Of a DNA stretch of 64,000 bases, positions 19,926 to 28,310 are shown one piece after another. Below the pieces are notes generated by a model. The model saw only the letters and a list, made by a program, of their open reading frames with translations, was not told the DNA's origin and made no database searches. Each line of letters begins with the position of its first letter. Position 1 is the first letter of the stretch. The DNA is from a virus. Where the stretch lies: the IMG/VR virus record IMGVR_UViG_3300037155_000096; one strand, written 5' to 3'. Both the position numbers and the translations under genes were made by a program.

Positions 19926-20098
19926 CGCGCTGTCCCTGTAAATCGTTAACTTATCGTTCGCATATATTCGTTCTTCGCTATAACAAAATTGATTAAATGC
20001 TATTGCTTACGCAACGAAACCATGACTGATGTTGCCACTATGTCTCTTAACATTGACCATAATCGGTCATCCATGACAAAAAGGAAAATGTTCAGTCC

Positions 20099-20111
20099 GA
20101 AATTGATTGCA
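20099..20111. repeat. 13-bp intergenic motif, copy 2 of 3 (GAAATTGATTGCA on + strand, inverted)
   Basis: Immediately after the stop of 20112..20600. Confidence 0.6.
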
Positions 20112-20600
20112 CTATGGATTTACTCTAAGTGCAGGTACAAACTTGCCGTTGAATACTAAACTGATGTCATAAAACGTGAAACAATCATCATCATCAGCGT
20201 AAAATCCACTTCTTGACACATCATCTATATCCCAATAACCGAAAGTTGCATTGGAAATTATATCCCCTCGTTTCGGCGCTGGTATTATATTCTCGGGATC
20301 AGCCAGCAGGAACTTTCTTGCTATTTGTACTGATAAACTCTTGGAAAACTGAGCACCATTCTCATCGGGCATCTGATCGCTTGACGGATTCTGAAACAGT
20401 GCCGGGATGCCTTCATACGGTGTCGTCTTCCAGTCCGCGCTCCTCGATGACTCTCCATACAAAATGGAAACCTCGTCTACGCCGATACTCTCCTGAATAT
20501 TAACCGAGTGAAGAGTGCAGAAATCTCCGGACAGTCTGATTATCTCATCTGCCAGGTCATTTCTATACGCTCTTTCGAAGTCAGTTACTAGCCTGCCCAT
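20112..20600 (-). CDS. Neck / head-closure protein (T4 gp14-like)
   Basis: DEVSILYGES, IPALF and PKRGDII pattern; adjacent to the gp13-like gene. Confidence 0.55.
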   Translation of the reverse strand: MGRLVTDFERAYRNDLADEIIRLSGDFCTLHSVNIQESIGVDEVSILYGESSRSADWKTTPYEGIPALFQNPSSDQMPDENGAQFSKSLSVQIARKFLLADPENIIPAPKRGDIISNATFGYWDIDDVSRSGFYADDDDCFTFYDISLVFNGKFVPALRVNP

Positions 20601-20733
20601 TGTTCATGCTCTGGATTATTCTCGTTAATTCTTTAGATAGCTTGCGTATCTTTTTTCTTCTCAATCCTGGTCCTTTAATCGGCATGACCACACCAGGAGC
20701 GATTGTCATGCTTATATCTTCTGTCGTTTTCAT
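20581..20733 (-). CDS. Unannotated 50-aa microprotein with IIQ helix (MKTTEDISMTIAPGVVMP...KLSKELTRIIQSMN)
   Basis: Manual translation; fills the gap between the gp13- and gp14-like genes; shares a helix motif with 29553-29642 and 32828-32902. Confidence 0.55.
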   Translation of the reverse strand: MKTTEDISMTIAPGVVMPIKGPGLRRKKIRKLSKELTRIIQSMNNGQASN

Positions 20734-20734
20734 A

Positions 20735-21478
20735 TTAACCTATCATTATTGGCATTGGATCTTGCGTATTGAAGACATCTTGCTCTAACTGTTCAAGTGA
20801 AGCGCGTGCTTCATCCAGTAATGCCTGTCCGTCCATACTCGTTCCGCCACCGGGAAGAGCCATGTCCCCGAACTTGCTTCTTTTCCTTCCCACAATTTGT
20901 TTTCCAAATGCTTCCACCACATCAAGCAGGATCTCCTGATCTCTTGCCTGAAGCACATCCCAGTTATCATTGGCAGTGAAGCTGTTGGAGACGTATTTCA
21001 ATTCAGCTAAACCCTGTACTGTCGGAACCGGATGCAGTATCATCTCTCCTGGGGAGTTTTCACTTCTTCTTGTCAGGTCAATCTTAATTTCCGGATCGCA
21101 GCCGTAAGCGATTTGTCTGATCCTCGATGCCTGACTGAATAAAATCATATCAGATGCATTTCCTGGTAGCATATCATAGTCACTCATAAGAGCAAAAGGC
21201 ATGGTAATCGGGTTTAGGTCGAGTCCGAGTTTCGGGGGGATCCAGTCTTCCATAGTTTTGAAGTCTGCTGGCAACTTATAATTAGTCACTCCCACCATGA
21301 CTAATACATGGGCGGTCTTGGTGACTCCCTTTCTGGCAATCCACCAACGATACGTATCATCGAGGATCTCAGTCCAGTCATCATCATCTATCTCCACCTT
21401 AACTAACTGATTTCCCAGTCTCCTTAAAACCTTGGTTTTAATCCACGCTTCTGTGGTAGGAACTTCTTCATCTGCCAT
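20735..21478 (-). CDS. Neck protein (T4 gp13-like head-tail adaptor)
   Basis: LRRLG..LV.VEIDDD at the N-terminus; GRKRSKFGDMALPGGGTSMDGQALLDEA at the C-terminus. Confidence 0.75.
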   Translation of the reverse strand: MADEEVPTTEAWIKTKVLRRLGNQLVKVEIDDDDWTEILDDTYRWWIARKGVTKTAHVLVMVGVTNYKLPADFKTMEDWIPPKLGLDLNPITMPFALMSDYDMLPGNASDMILFSQASRIRQIAYGCDPEIKIDLTRRSENSPGEMILHPVPTVQGLAELKYVSNSFTANDNWDVLQARDQEILLDVVEAFGKQIVGRKRSKFGDMALPGGGTSMDGQALLDEARASLEQLEQDVFNTQDPMPIMIG

Positions 21479-21489
21479 GATTTCTCCGT

Positions 21490-21517
21490 AAAATGAAATG
21501 GCTCGTCCAGCGAGCCA
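21490..21517 (-). terminator. Putative intrinsic terminator
   Basis: TGGCTCG-5 nt-CGAGCCA hairpin followed by TTTCATTTT on the minus strand. Confidence 0.55.
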
Positions 21518-21523
21518 CTTTAA

Positions 21524-21976
21524 TTATCTGTTTCTTTTGGCTTTGGTAATCTTTGTCTTGATTACTTCAGTTACTGCCGGATCGGCAATCACTTCAGGGG
21601 AATCCAGAACTTCTTTCAGAATTCTTTCATCTTCTTCTTCAAGTATACTCTGAACGCTTGTTTCAGGTACTTCATCAGCTGGGACAATCACGTCGGCTGA
21701 AACGACTACAGGAACTTCCACTGGAATTTCAATAGGCGATTCGACTACTTCAACCACTACGGGTTCTTCAGTAATGACAATCCCTGTACCTGTTTCAGGA
21801 AGATCTTCTGTGAGCAACTTGCTCTGATCCTCATCTTTCACTTCCTCAAGGAACTCCGGGCAATATCTTGCAAACCTTGCACCGGTTAAAACTCTATTCG
21901 GATCGGTTAGTGTTGAGCCATCAGGCAGATACACTATTCCAGCTAGATCTCTTCTTTTTCTATATTGATTGCTCAT
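21524..21976 (-). CDS. Acidic, Val/Glu/Pro-rich hypothetical head-associated protein
   Basis: Directly after the MCP terminator; multiple L/I-x-E sites. Confidence 0.5.
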   Translation of the reverse strand: MSNQYRKRRDLAGIVYLPDGSTLTDPNRVLTGARFARYCPEFLEEVKDEDQSKLLTEDLPETGTGIVITEEPVVVEVVESPIEIPVEVPVVVSADVIVPADEVPETSVQSILEEEDERILKEVLDSPEVIADPAVTEVIKTKITKAKRNR

Positions 21977-22015
21977 TATTCTTTTCCTTCAATTTATTAT
22001 CATATTATTTCCGAT

Positions 22016-22048
22016 AAAAAAAATGGACGGAGGTTTAGCTCCGCCCAT
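22016..22048 (-). terminator. Rho-independent terminator after major capsid gene
   Basis: ATGGGCGGAG-CTAAAC-CTCCGTCCAT 10-bp stem (one G-U) followed by a 7-T run, 20 nt after the MCP stop. Confidence 0.85.
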
Positions 22049-22068
22049 CTGCACGAACGAAGTAACGA

Positions 22069-23466
22069 TTAGAACGGCATATTCGTAACGGTTACTTTTC
22101 CGAAATAGTTGTTGCTAAGAATCTTAGCAGCATACCTTGTTCTTATACCCTTGCTCATTTGGAACGAAGAAGGATTGAAGAATGTCGGTGTCAACTGGAT
22201 TGGAATGTATGGCGCATAGCAGATACCAGAATCAGCAAATCCAGGACCTTTGTAACCAACGAGGATTACGTTAGAGGTCAAGAACGGATCTGAGTACACT
22301 AACCATTTACCATTCAAAGTTCCAGCTTTCTGGATGCCTAACTGAAATTCAAGATTTCCAAGGGTGGAAACGAATTCAGGAAGCTGATCCAAGAATGCTA
22401 TGATTTCAGGACTGGTGATTATCCAGTTCGCCTGCTGTTTCAGAGTAGCTTTGTAGACTTTCTGAGACATAGAGCTAATACGGGCAATCAGAGTTCTGAT
22501 GTGATCTTGCAATGTGATCTGACTTGTGGTCGGATCGTAGACGTAATCCCAAGTGGTCGAATGAGCTGCTTTAACGTTGGCATAGATCATACCAACAAGT
22601 TCTCTATCGACTTCAAGAGCAACCTGTGAACCGGAAGCAGAAACTAAATCAGCTTCAGCATCAGTTCCCCAGAGAGCTTTCATGTCTTCAGCTGTCTCAA
22701 CCGAGTATAAACTGACAAGTTTCCTTGAACCAGCTCTTACAGGTATGATGTCAAGATCGCCTTCAACAGAGGAAATACCTTGGTCGGTATTCTCAACTGG
22801 GTAGGAATAACTTGCGGTGACAGGAGTTCCAACTGAAGGACCAGTCACGAACACTACTGTCATAACGCCAGTTTCATAGTTCACAACACCGGCAACAACA
22901 CCCTCTCCAACAAGTCCGCCATTTCCATCATCAATAGCAGTAACTGAGCCAGCTGTAACTGACAGAGTTCCTGGATTGATTTTACCACGGCTTAACTGTT
23001 TGAAGAATGTGGTGACTCTTGCACTGGTGTCTCCGGTTCCGAGTAATTCGTTTTCTACAAATGTTTCGGCTTTGGAGTAGGTCGGATCAAAATGATCGAC
23101 TTTAGGGAACACGTCGCCTTTTGTGATGGTGCCTTTTGTGGTACCATAAATATTCTTATAAAAAGCGATTGCGCCGATTGGTCCGTCCATTGGTTGAACA
23201 GAGGCAACGTTATTTGCTATCAAATTCGGCCATACGTTGCGGATGAGAGGGAAAATGAACTTGGTATACTCAGCTACTGCTGTAGTAGACATTGCTTCGT
23301 TCATCATACCTTTCATGTGAACCATTTGGTTCTCAAGAATCATGGCAGTGTTCTCGGCATTTCTTTTGCCGTTAACATCTTTTACCATACCTTTCCATTT
23401 GTCTAAAAGCTGTGCTCTTAAACCGGGCGCAAGGTTGCCCTCAAGGAACATTTCGCGAGCTTCCAT
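22069..23466 (-). CDS. Major capsid protein (T4 gp23-like) with ~85-aa beta-rich insertion
   Basis: AMILENQ, FPLIRNVWPNLIANNVASVQPMDGP, EVDRE, YAPYIP and IRTRYA motifs. Confidence 0.95.
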   Translation of the reverse strand: MEAREMFLEGNLAPGLRAQLLDKWKGMVKDVNGKRNAENTAMILENQMVHMKGMMNEAMSTTAVAEYTKFIFPLIRNVWPNLIANNVASVQPMDGPIGAIAFYKNIYGTTKGTITKGDVFPKVDHFDPTYSKAETFVENELLGTGDTSARVTTFFKQLSRGKINPGTLSVTAGSVTAIDDGNGGLVGEGVVAGVVNYETGVMTVVFVTGPSVGTPVTASYSYPVENTDQGISSVEGDLDIIPVRAGSRKLVSLYSVETAEDMKALWGTDAEADLVSASGSQVALEVDRELVGMIYANVKAAHSTTWDYVYDPTTSQITLQDHIRTLIARISSMSQKVYKATLKQQANWIITSPEIIAFLDQLPEFVSTLGNLEFQLGIQKAGTLNGKWLVYSDPFLTSNVILVGYKGPGFADSGICYAPYIPIQLTPTFFNPSSFQMSKGIRTRYAAKILSNNYFGKVTVTNMPF

Positions 23467-23500
23467 TTGGATGCATCTCCTACTTAGTTAATGAATTCTG

Positions 23501-24961
23501 TTATTTTTTTCGGCTTTCGTCGCTGATTCTAATCAGTTCTTCCATCGATACTCCGCACACATCTGTGCCTTTCTTGCTTGGAACTCTGTTATTCTCACCT
23601 ACATTGCCGACGACTTCTTCTGTCAAAGACAAATTCTTATTCGCCTTCAACCTCCTCTGAACATCTTCAAACAGCCCATTCTTGTGGGATACATCCTTTT
23701 TAATTTGCGCTTGACGCCCTCTATCCTTGAGGAAATTGTCTAACGTACCATAGACTTCCTCTTCGCTATCGACCAGCTCTTCAATCATGGCTACTTCGAG
23801 AAGCTCAAGCTCCCCAGCAGTTATGCCTGATTTCATCGCCAGACTACCAGCGTAGTTTTGTAAAGCACTGTTCTCCCCATAAGGTAGCGGATCTTCATTC
23901 TCTACCGTGAGGGCAGGTACTGGTGCTCTTTCAGTTCTGCCAGATTTCCTCTCAGCTATTTTGCTAGCCAGAAGATCTCTCTTAGTTGATACAATATTTT
24001 CAACGACCTTCGGTTTTACCGCAGGTACAGGAGCCATTACTATTTTGGCTTTAATTTTTTCAATTACTTCTTTTAGTTTCGTGGATAACGATGCGAGATC
24101 CTCGAACAGAGATACATCCCCAATGAGTCCGAGAACTTCTTCCCTTACTTCCGAAGTTACGCCCCTTAATGTTTTTTCAGTAAACAACTCGTAGCCAGCT
24201 CTTTTAGCTGCACCAGCGAAAGTCAACATCTTCAGCGTTAATGCTGTATCTTCCTCAACATGCTGTCCGATTTCTAAATTCAATCTTGTTATCTCGGACT
24301 CTAAGAACTCGTTTCTTGTAATGAGGACCTGCTGAGCTTCTTTCATACCGTTGAGTTCCAAATCAGGATCTTCAGCGGTCTCTACATCAGGCAATATGAT
24401 CGGATTGCCCGTTTCGTCAACACCTTCCTTGGTGTATACTGGTTCTGCAAATTCTCCGGCAGCGCCTTCATCTACGCAGTCCCATGTTTTCAAACTGTAA
24501 TCGCTCTGCACTATCTGGAGAGGACGACCATCAGGTAATTTCTCTTCCGATAACTTTACTGAGCCAAATCCTCGGCTTGAGACATCCACCGGTACTCTTG
24601 CGCCGATTAAAGCCGACAAATCCTGACCATTATGGGTAGGTAATACTTCCAGCCCGCCAGTGATTATGCCATCTTCCCCGATACTTAGCTCCGTGATGAT
24701 ATGCGATACTCTTGTCAATTTTGTTTTGCCGTCGCCAGGATGGTCTAATTCGCCCTTTAATTTTCTTGCTTTAATGGCGGGTTGAAGCTTGGCAACTTCC
24801 CTTTCCATTATCGGTCTGGGATAAACTCTGCCGTTCGCAGTAGGTCTATCGCATTTACCGAACGGACCTCTTCCCTTTATAACGCCAGGAAAATCTTTAT
24901 CTTCATATAGTTCGAAAATAACAGTCTGGCTATCGGTCAATAATTCTCTTAAATAACTCAT
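23501..24961 (-). CDS. Prohead protease (T4 gp21-like) fused to coiled-coil scaffold-like domain
   Basis: NGRVYP, GELDHP, SHIITEL and VSSRGFGS protease motifs in the first ~180 aa; ~300 aa helical acidic C-terminus. Confidence 0.9.
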   Translation of the reverse strand: MSYLRELLTDSQTVIFELYEDKDFPGVIKGRGPFGKCDRPTANGRVYPRPIMEREVAKLQPAIKARKLKGELDHPGDGKTKLTRVSHIITELSIGEDGIITGGLEVLPTHNGQDLSALIGARVPVDVSSRGFGSVKLSEEKLPDGRPLQIVQSDYSLKTWDCVDEGAAGEFAEPVYTKEGVDETGNPIILPDVETAEDPDLELNGMKEAQQVLITRNEFLESEITRLNLEIGQHVEEDTALTLKMLTFAGAAKRAGYELFTEKTLRGVTSEVREEVLGLIGDVSLFEDLASLSTKLKEVIEKIKAKIVMAPVPAVKPKVVENIVSTKRDLLASKIAERKSGRTERAPVPALTVENEDPLPYGENSALQNYAGSLAMKSGITAGELELLEVAMIEELVDSEEEVYGTLDNFLKDRGRQAQIKKDVSHKNGLFEDVQRRLKANKNLSLTEEVVGNVGENNRVPSKKGTDVCGVSMEELIRISDESRKK

Positions 24962-24983
24962 TTCAAATCCTTCTCATCGTTAC

Positions 24984-25256
24984 TTATGCTCTGATACCCT
25001 TGTCCGTGAGCTTGAACGCTCTTTTCTGCTTGTGCTTTTTCTTCAACGGACTGTGCTTAGATCTCAGTGCCTTAACTTTGTTTCTTAAAATATCTTTGCC
25101 TGTTTTAATCCTTATAGAGAGCCCCTTCTTACCTCTTCGTGCAATTAGAACTTTGGATTTCCCCTTCAGAGTAAGAGTGTGCCGTACTTTTACAGCTCTC
25201 AAACTCTGAAGGGTTCTCCCTTCCAATATCAACCCCTTTAGTTCTCCTGACAGCAT
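24984..25256 (-). CDS. Small basic prohead core protein (gp68-like position)
   Basis: Very Lys/Arg-rich; between portal and protease as in T4 gp67/gp68. Confidence 0.5.
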   Translation of the reverse strand: MLSGELKGLILEGRTLQSLRAVKVRHTLTLKGKSKVLIARRGKKGLSIRIKTGKDILRNKVKALRSKHSPLKKKHKQKRAFKLTDKGIRA

Positions 25257-25262
25257 GGCGTA

Positions 25263-26060
25263 TTAAACGACTGCTGCTGGTTCTACAGCGGGAACAACCG
25301 CGGGAACTACTGCAGGAACGACCGCAGGAACTACTGCTGGGACAACCGCAGGAACAACTTCAGGATCTGCATCCTCGTTGATTGCGATTAAGTCGGCATA
25401 GGTATCGAGCATTTCGTATACTTCCTCTGCGAGTTCGTATAATACTTCTTCAACTGCTTCTTCGTCGAGTTCCTCGGTAGCTTCCTCGATTTCAGTTTCG
25501 AGATCTTCGATGACTTCAGATATTTCTTCTGAGCCGTCAGCTATGAACTCAATATATTCCTGAACCAATGCATCTTCACTTTCAAACAATGGTGTCACAT
25601 TTTCCTCAACAAGAGCGAGTATCTGGGACATTTTTTGTAAAACTTCTAATGCTTCATCCTGGACGGAAGCTGCAAGAGAGATTCTTTTTCCGGATTTGTG
25701 AATTGCGGTGATTTTAGCAATGCCTAATCTTTTGATTGCTTTCGCTCTTTTGAATAGACTTTTTTTACCGGCAGAAGAGTGTCTGAATTTCTTTGCTTTA
25801 GATTTCAGTTTGCTTCTGTTCTGTTTGTAGTATCTCTTAGCTTTTTTCTTAGCTAAACGAGCTGCCGAGCCGGTCTTCAATTTGAGTATCTTGATTTCAT
25901 CAAGATTTGAAGCTGGTTCAACTGCTGGAACTACTGCGGGGACTACTGCGGGAATAACTGCGGGGACTACTGCGGGAACAACTGCTTCCACGATTGGAGT
26001 AACCAGACCTAATGCTATTAAGTCTTCGTCCAATGAGGTTAGAACATGTGTTTTTTTCAT
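25263..26060 (-). CDS. Prohead core-like protein with basic and acidic blocks and terminal PAVV repeats
   Basis: K/R-rich middle, E/D-rich third quarter, (PAVV)n at both ends. Confidence 0.55.
   Translation of the reverse strand: MKKTHVLTSLDEDLIALGLVTPIVEAVVPAVVPAVIPAVVPAVVPAVEPASNLDEIKILKLKTGSAARLAKKKAKRYYKQNRSKLKSKAKKFRHSSAGKKSLFKRAKAIKRLGIAKITAIHKSGKRISLAASVQDEALEVLQKMSQILALVEENVTPLFESEDALVQEYIEFIADGSEEISEVIEDLETEIEEATEELDEEAVEEVLYELAEEVYEMLDTYADLIAINEDADPEVVPAVVPAVVPAVVPAVVPAVVPAVEPAAVV
25266..25350 (-). repeat. 12-bp/tetrapeptide PAVV tandem repeat (C-terminal block)
   Basis: 5 x PAVV plus PEVV/PAVE variants with variable third codon positions. Confidence 0.85.
25911..25990 (-). repeat. 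12-bp/tetrapeptide PAVV tandem repeat (N-terminal block)
   Basis: EAVV PAVV PAVI PAVV PAVV PAVE. Confidence 0.85.
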
Positions 26061-26186
26061 TCTGATCTTCTCCTAACTTTTGATTTATAGTAATTTTCTT
26101 TCTCACTTAACACGAACCACTTACTTAAATCATCAGTTAGAGCACTTACAGAATTAAAGGCATAAGCCTTGCACAATCTTAAAACA

Positions 26187-26216
26187 AGTTTACGAACATC
26201 GAATCCCTATTGTCAA
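26187..26216 (-). promoter_or_regulatory. Putative sigma70-type promoter TTGACA-N18-TAAACT upstream of head core/protease/MCP genes
   Basis: Perfect -35 at 26216-26211 and -10-like TAAACT at 26192-26187, in a 187-nt intergenic gap. Confidence 0.5.
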
Positions 26217-26247
26217 TGGAACGGACGTCCTTATGGCATCTGTGTCC

Positions 26248-26487
26248 CTAAATGCAGGGGATTGCCGTAGCTTCAGTTAATCGCTTGTTAGCATATTCGA
26301 CAAACGAACTTTCGCTTATCCGTGTATTACGGGGAGTCTTTCTTATAGCTTTCAGTTCTCCCGTTTCGATTAGACGGTACACAGTCCTTGTACTGCATCC
26401 GAGCTTGGATGCTACCGAGTGAACATGTAGTCTATAGTCTTGCAAATTAGTCATGATATCATTCATCTGGTTTATCAATTCTTTCAT
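26248..26487 (-). CDS. Excisionase-like (HTH_17/MerR-type) DNA-binding protein
   Basis: VHSVASKLGCSTRTVYRLIETGELKAIR...TRIS winged-HTH pattern. Confidence 0.75.
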   Translation of the reverse strand: MKELINQMNDIMTNLQDYRLHVHSVASKLGCSTRTVYRLIETGELKAIRKTPRNTRISESSFVEYANKRLTEATAIPCI

Positions 26488-26548
26488 ACATTTCTTACAA
26501 ATAGATTTATAATCGTTGCGAAATTGTGTGCACTTAGCTTAATCATCA

Positions 26549-28309
26549 TCATTCGAAATACTTCGATGCATCTACTCTACCTTCTGAATCATCTTCCACG
26601 CCACCACCGAAACTTGACCTCTTTCCTGAAATCTTGATACCTTTCTGCATCTCAAGGATCTGAGACATGAGCTTTTTCATATCCTTAAATTTTTCACCAT
26701 TGACATAGTTACTGTCCATGATTTCATTTAATCTCTTGTCGAGATTTTTCTCCCTTACCGCCCATTCGCGGGAATTACGTAATTTATCCTCTCTACCAAC
26801 CAACATCGCTTCCCTTAACATGTTGCCACGAGTGTATGTGGATTCTTCTGCTGGTGGGCTTGCCTGTAATGCAGCGTTTTGAGCCTTCAGATCCGCACTT
26901 ACCTCACTGGTCTTCTGTCTGAGCACTACCTTAGCATCTGCTTCCGCCATACCCAGTATCCTTGTTAAAATCCATTCCTTAGAGACGAACGGATCTAATT
27001 GAGCGGCAAGAGCCACCTTGGTATTTTCTACTTCCAGATTGGCTATCTCAAATGCCGTCGATGGGACAGCCATTTTAAGAGTATAGTCCAATTTTCTGTA
27101 GTCGACGCCCCTTATCGAGTAATCTACACCGATAATCTTATTATAACCGACCAGCAGCTCCCTCTGAAGCCTTAATACCGTTCTTGCGAAACGGATATCT
27201 TCGTTGGAACCGGCTGTTCTGGAATCTGCCGTTTCATCGTAGGTCAGGAATCTCTTGGGAATCTTTAATCCCGCGAATTCTTTATTCCTGTAATACGACA
27301 ATTCATCAAGGCTCTGGTAATCCAGTGCTGGAAGATTCTCTATTCTGGTCGGATCTTTCGAGTCGCGTACACCAACCCAGATATCTTCCTGCTGAGCGAG
27401 CGGATTCGTTGAGAACTCCAACTTGCCCGTTCTTGGATTGATATAACTCTTCTTTCGATACTCTCTCTGAAGTTCTTTCATGAAGGCTTTGGATTCCTTC
27501 GGTGACTTGTTGCCAGTATTTACATAATAAACCAGTCTGTTGGGAGATCTCGTAATCTTATACAGTATCGTGGCGTCCTCTAACAACTGTAACCGTTTCC
27601 ATGCCCATCTTGCGTTCTCGGCTAATCCGAATCCATATCTGCTTCCGCGATTCTTGGTCCTGAGTCTGAAATGAATCATCTCCCAGTTATCGAAGAAGGT
27701 CGAGGACTCCTGATGTCTGACATTCCCGGCTACCGCATCAATAACTTCCTGATCTTTGTAATTGAACTTGCCCTGGTAATCGACACCAAATGCTGTCTTC
27801 CCACCGACTTCATATCTCCTGGCAATAGCTGGACTAATAAAGTCAAGACCATTAACGCCCTTATCATCATACAGGATGGCTTCAAAATCATTACCGTATT
27901 TTGCAATCGTTCTGGCTTGTTCCCAAATATTCTCTTCTACCTTCAGGGTATTATCAAGGAAGTTATTCAGGTACGTCCTCGTAGTATCATCAAGCGAGTC
28001 CACCCACATGGTTTTCTTCAGCTTATAATCCATCTGGGTTGCATCATCAGCGTAAATATCGTATGCGCTTCCTATGATGGGATCGCTATCATCCATATTT
28101 TCGTAATCGATATATCGGGTGATCAGATCCTGACTTACCTTCAAATGTTCATACAAGTCTTCATAGCCGTGTCTGACATACAACGATGACGCTGCTCCGC
28201 CTGCTGCTACTCGTACTGGAGCTTGACCTGTTTTTGGATCTATTGCCGGCGTGTCAGTCTGATCGCTGAACAGTAACTTTATAAAGCCTAAATTCTTAAT
28301 TCCTGCCAT
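26549..28309 (-). CDS. Portal protein (T4 gp20-like)
   Basis: YENMDDSDPII, AWKRLQLLEDATILYKITRSPNRLVYYVNTG, EDIWV..RD, GLKIPK and EDIRF motifs. Confidence 0.93.
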   Translation of the reverse strand: MAGIKNLGFIKLLFSDQTDTPAIDPKTGQAPVRVAAGGAASSLYVRHGYEDLYEHLKVSQDLITRYIDYENMDDSDPIIGSAYDIYADDATQMDYKLKKTMWVDSLDDTTRTYLNNFLDNTLKVEENIWEQARTIAKYGNDFEAILYDDKGVNGLDFISPAIARRYEVGGKTAFGVDYQGKFNYKDQEVIDAVAGNVRHQESSTFFDNWEMIHFRLRTKNRGSRYGFGLAENARWAWKRLQLLEDATILYKITRSPNRLVYYVNTGNKSPKESKAFMKELQREYRKKSYINPRTGKLEFSTNPLAQQEDIWVGVRDSKDPTRIENLPALDYQSLDELSYYRNKEFAGLKIPKRFLTYDETADSRTAGSNEDIRFARTVLRLQRELLVGYNKIIGVDYSIRGVDYRKLDYTLKMAVPSTAFEIANLEVENTKVALAAQLDPFVSKEWILTRILGMAEADAKVVLRQKTSEVSADLKAQNAALQASPPAEESTYTRGNMLREAMLVGREDKLRNSREWAVREKNLDKRLNEIMDSNYVNGEKFKDMKKLMSQILEMQKGIKISGKRSSFGGGVEDDSEGRVDASKYFE

Positions 28310-28310
28310 A

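Noticed and set aside
19926-20111. tRNA/ncRNA or 24-aa ORF (MDDRLWSML...) in the 186-nt gap
   Set aside because: No cloverleaf or T-loop motif, and the short ORF has no SD. The same tRNA check was negative for gaps at 26061-26247, 38333-38475 and 55138-55305.
20600-20788. Plus-strand hydrophobic 62-aa ORF as a holin
   Set aside because: Antisense to the operon and overlapping the gp13-like gene; the minus-strand 50-aa ORF explains the gap better.
25266-25990. 12-bp repeats as a CRISPR array or VNTR regulatory element
   Set aside because: They are in-frame PAVV codons with synonymous variation and have no unique spacers.
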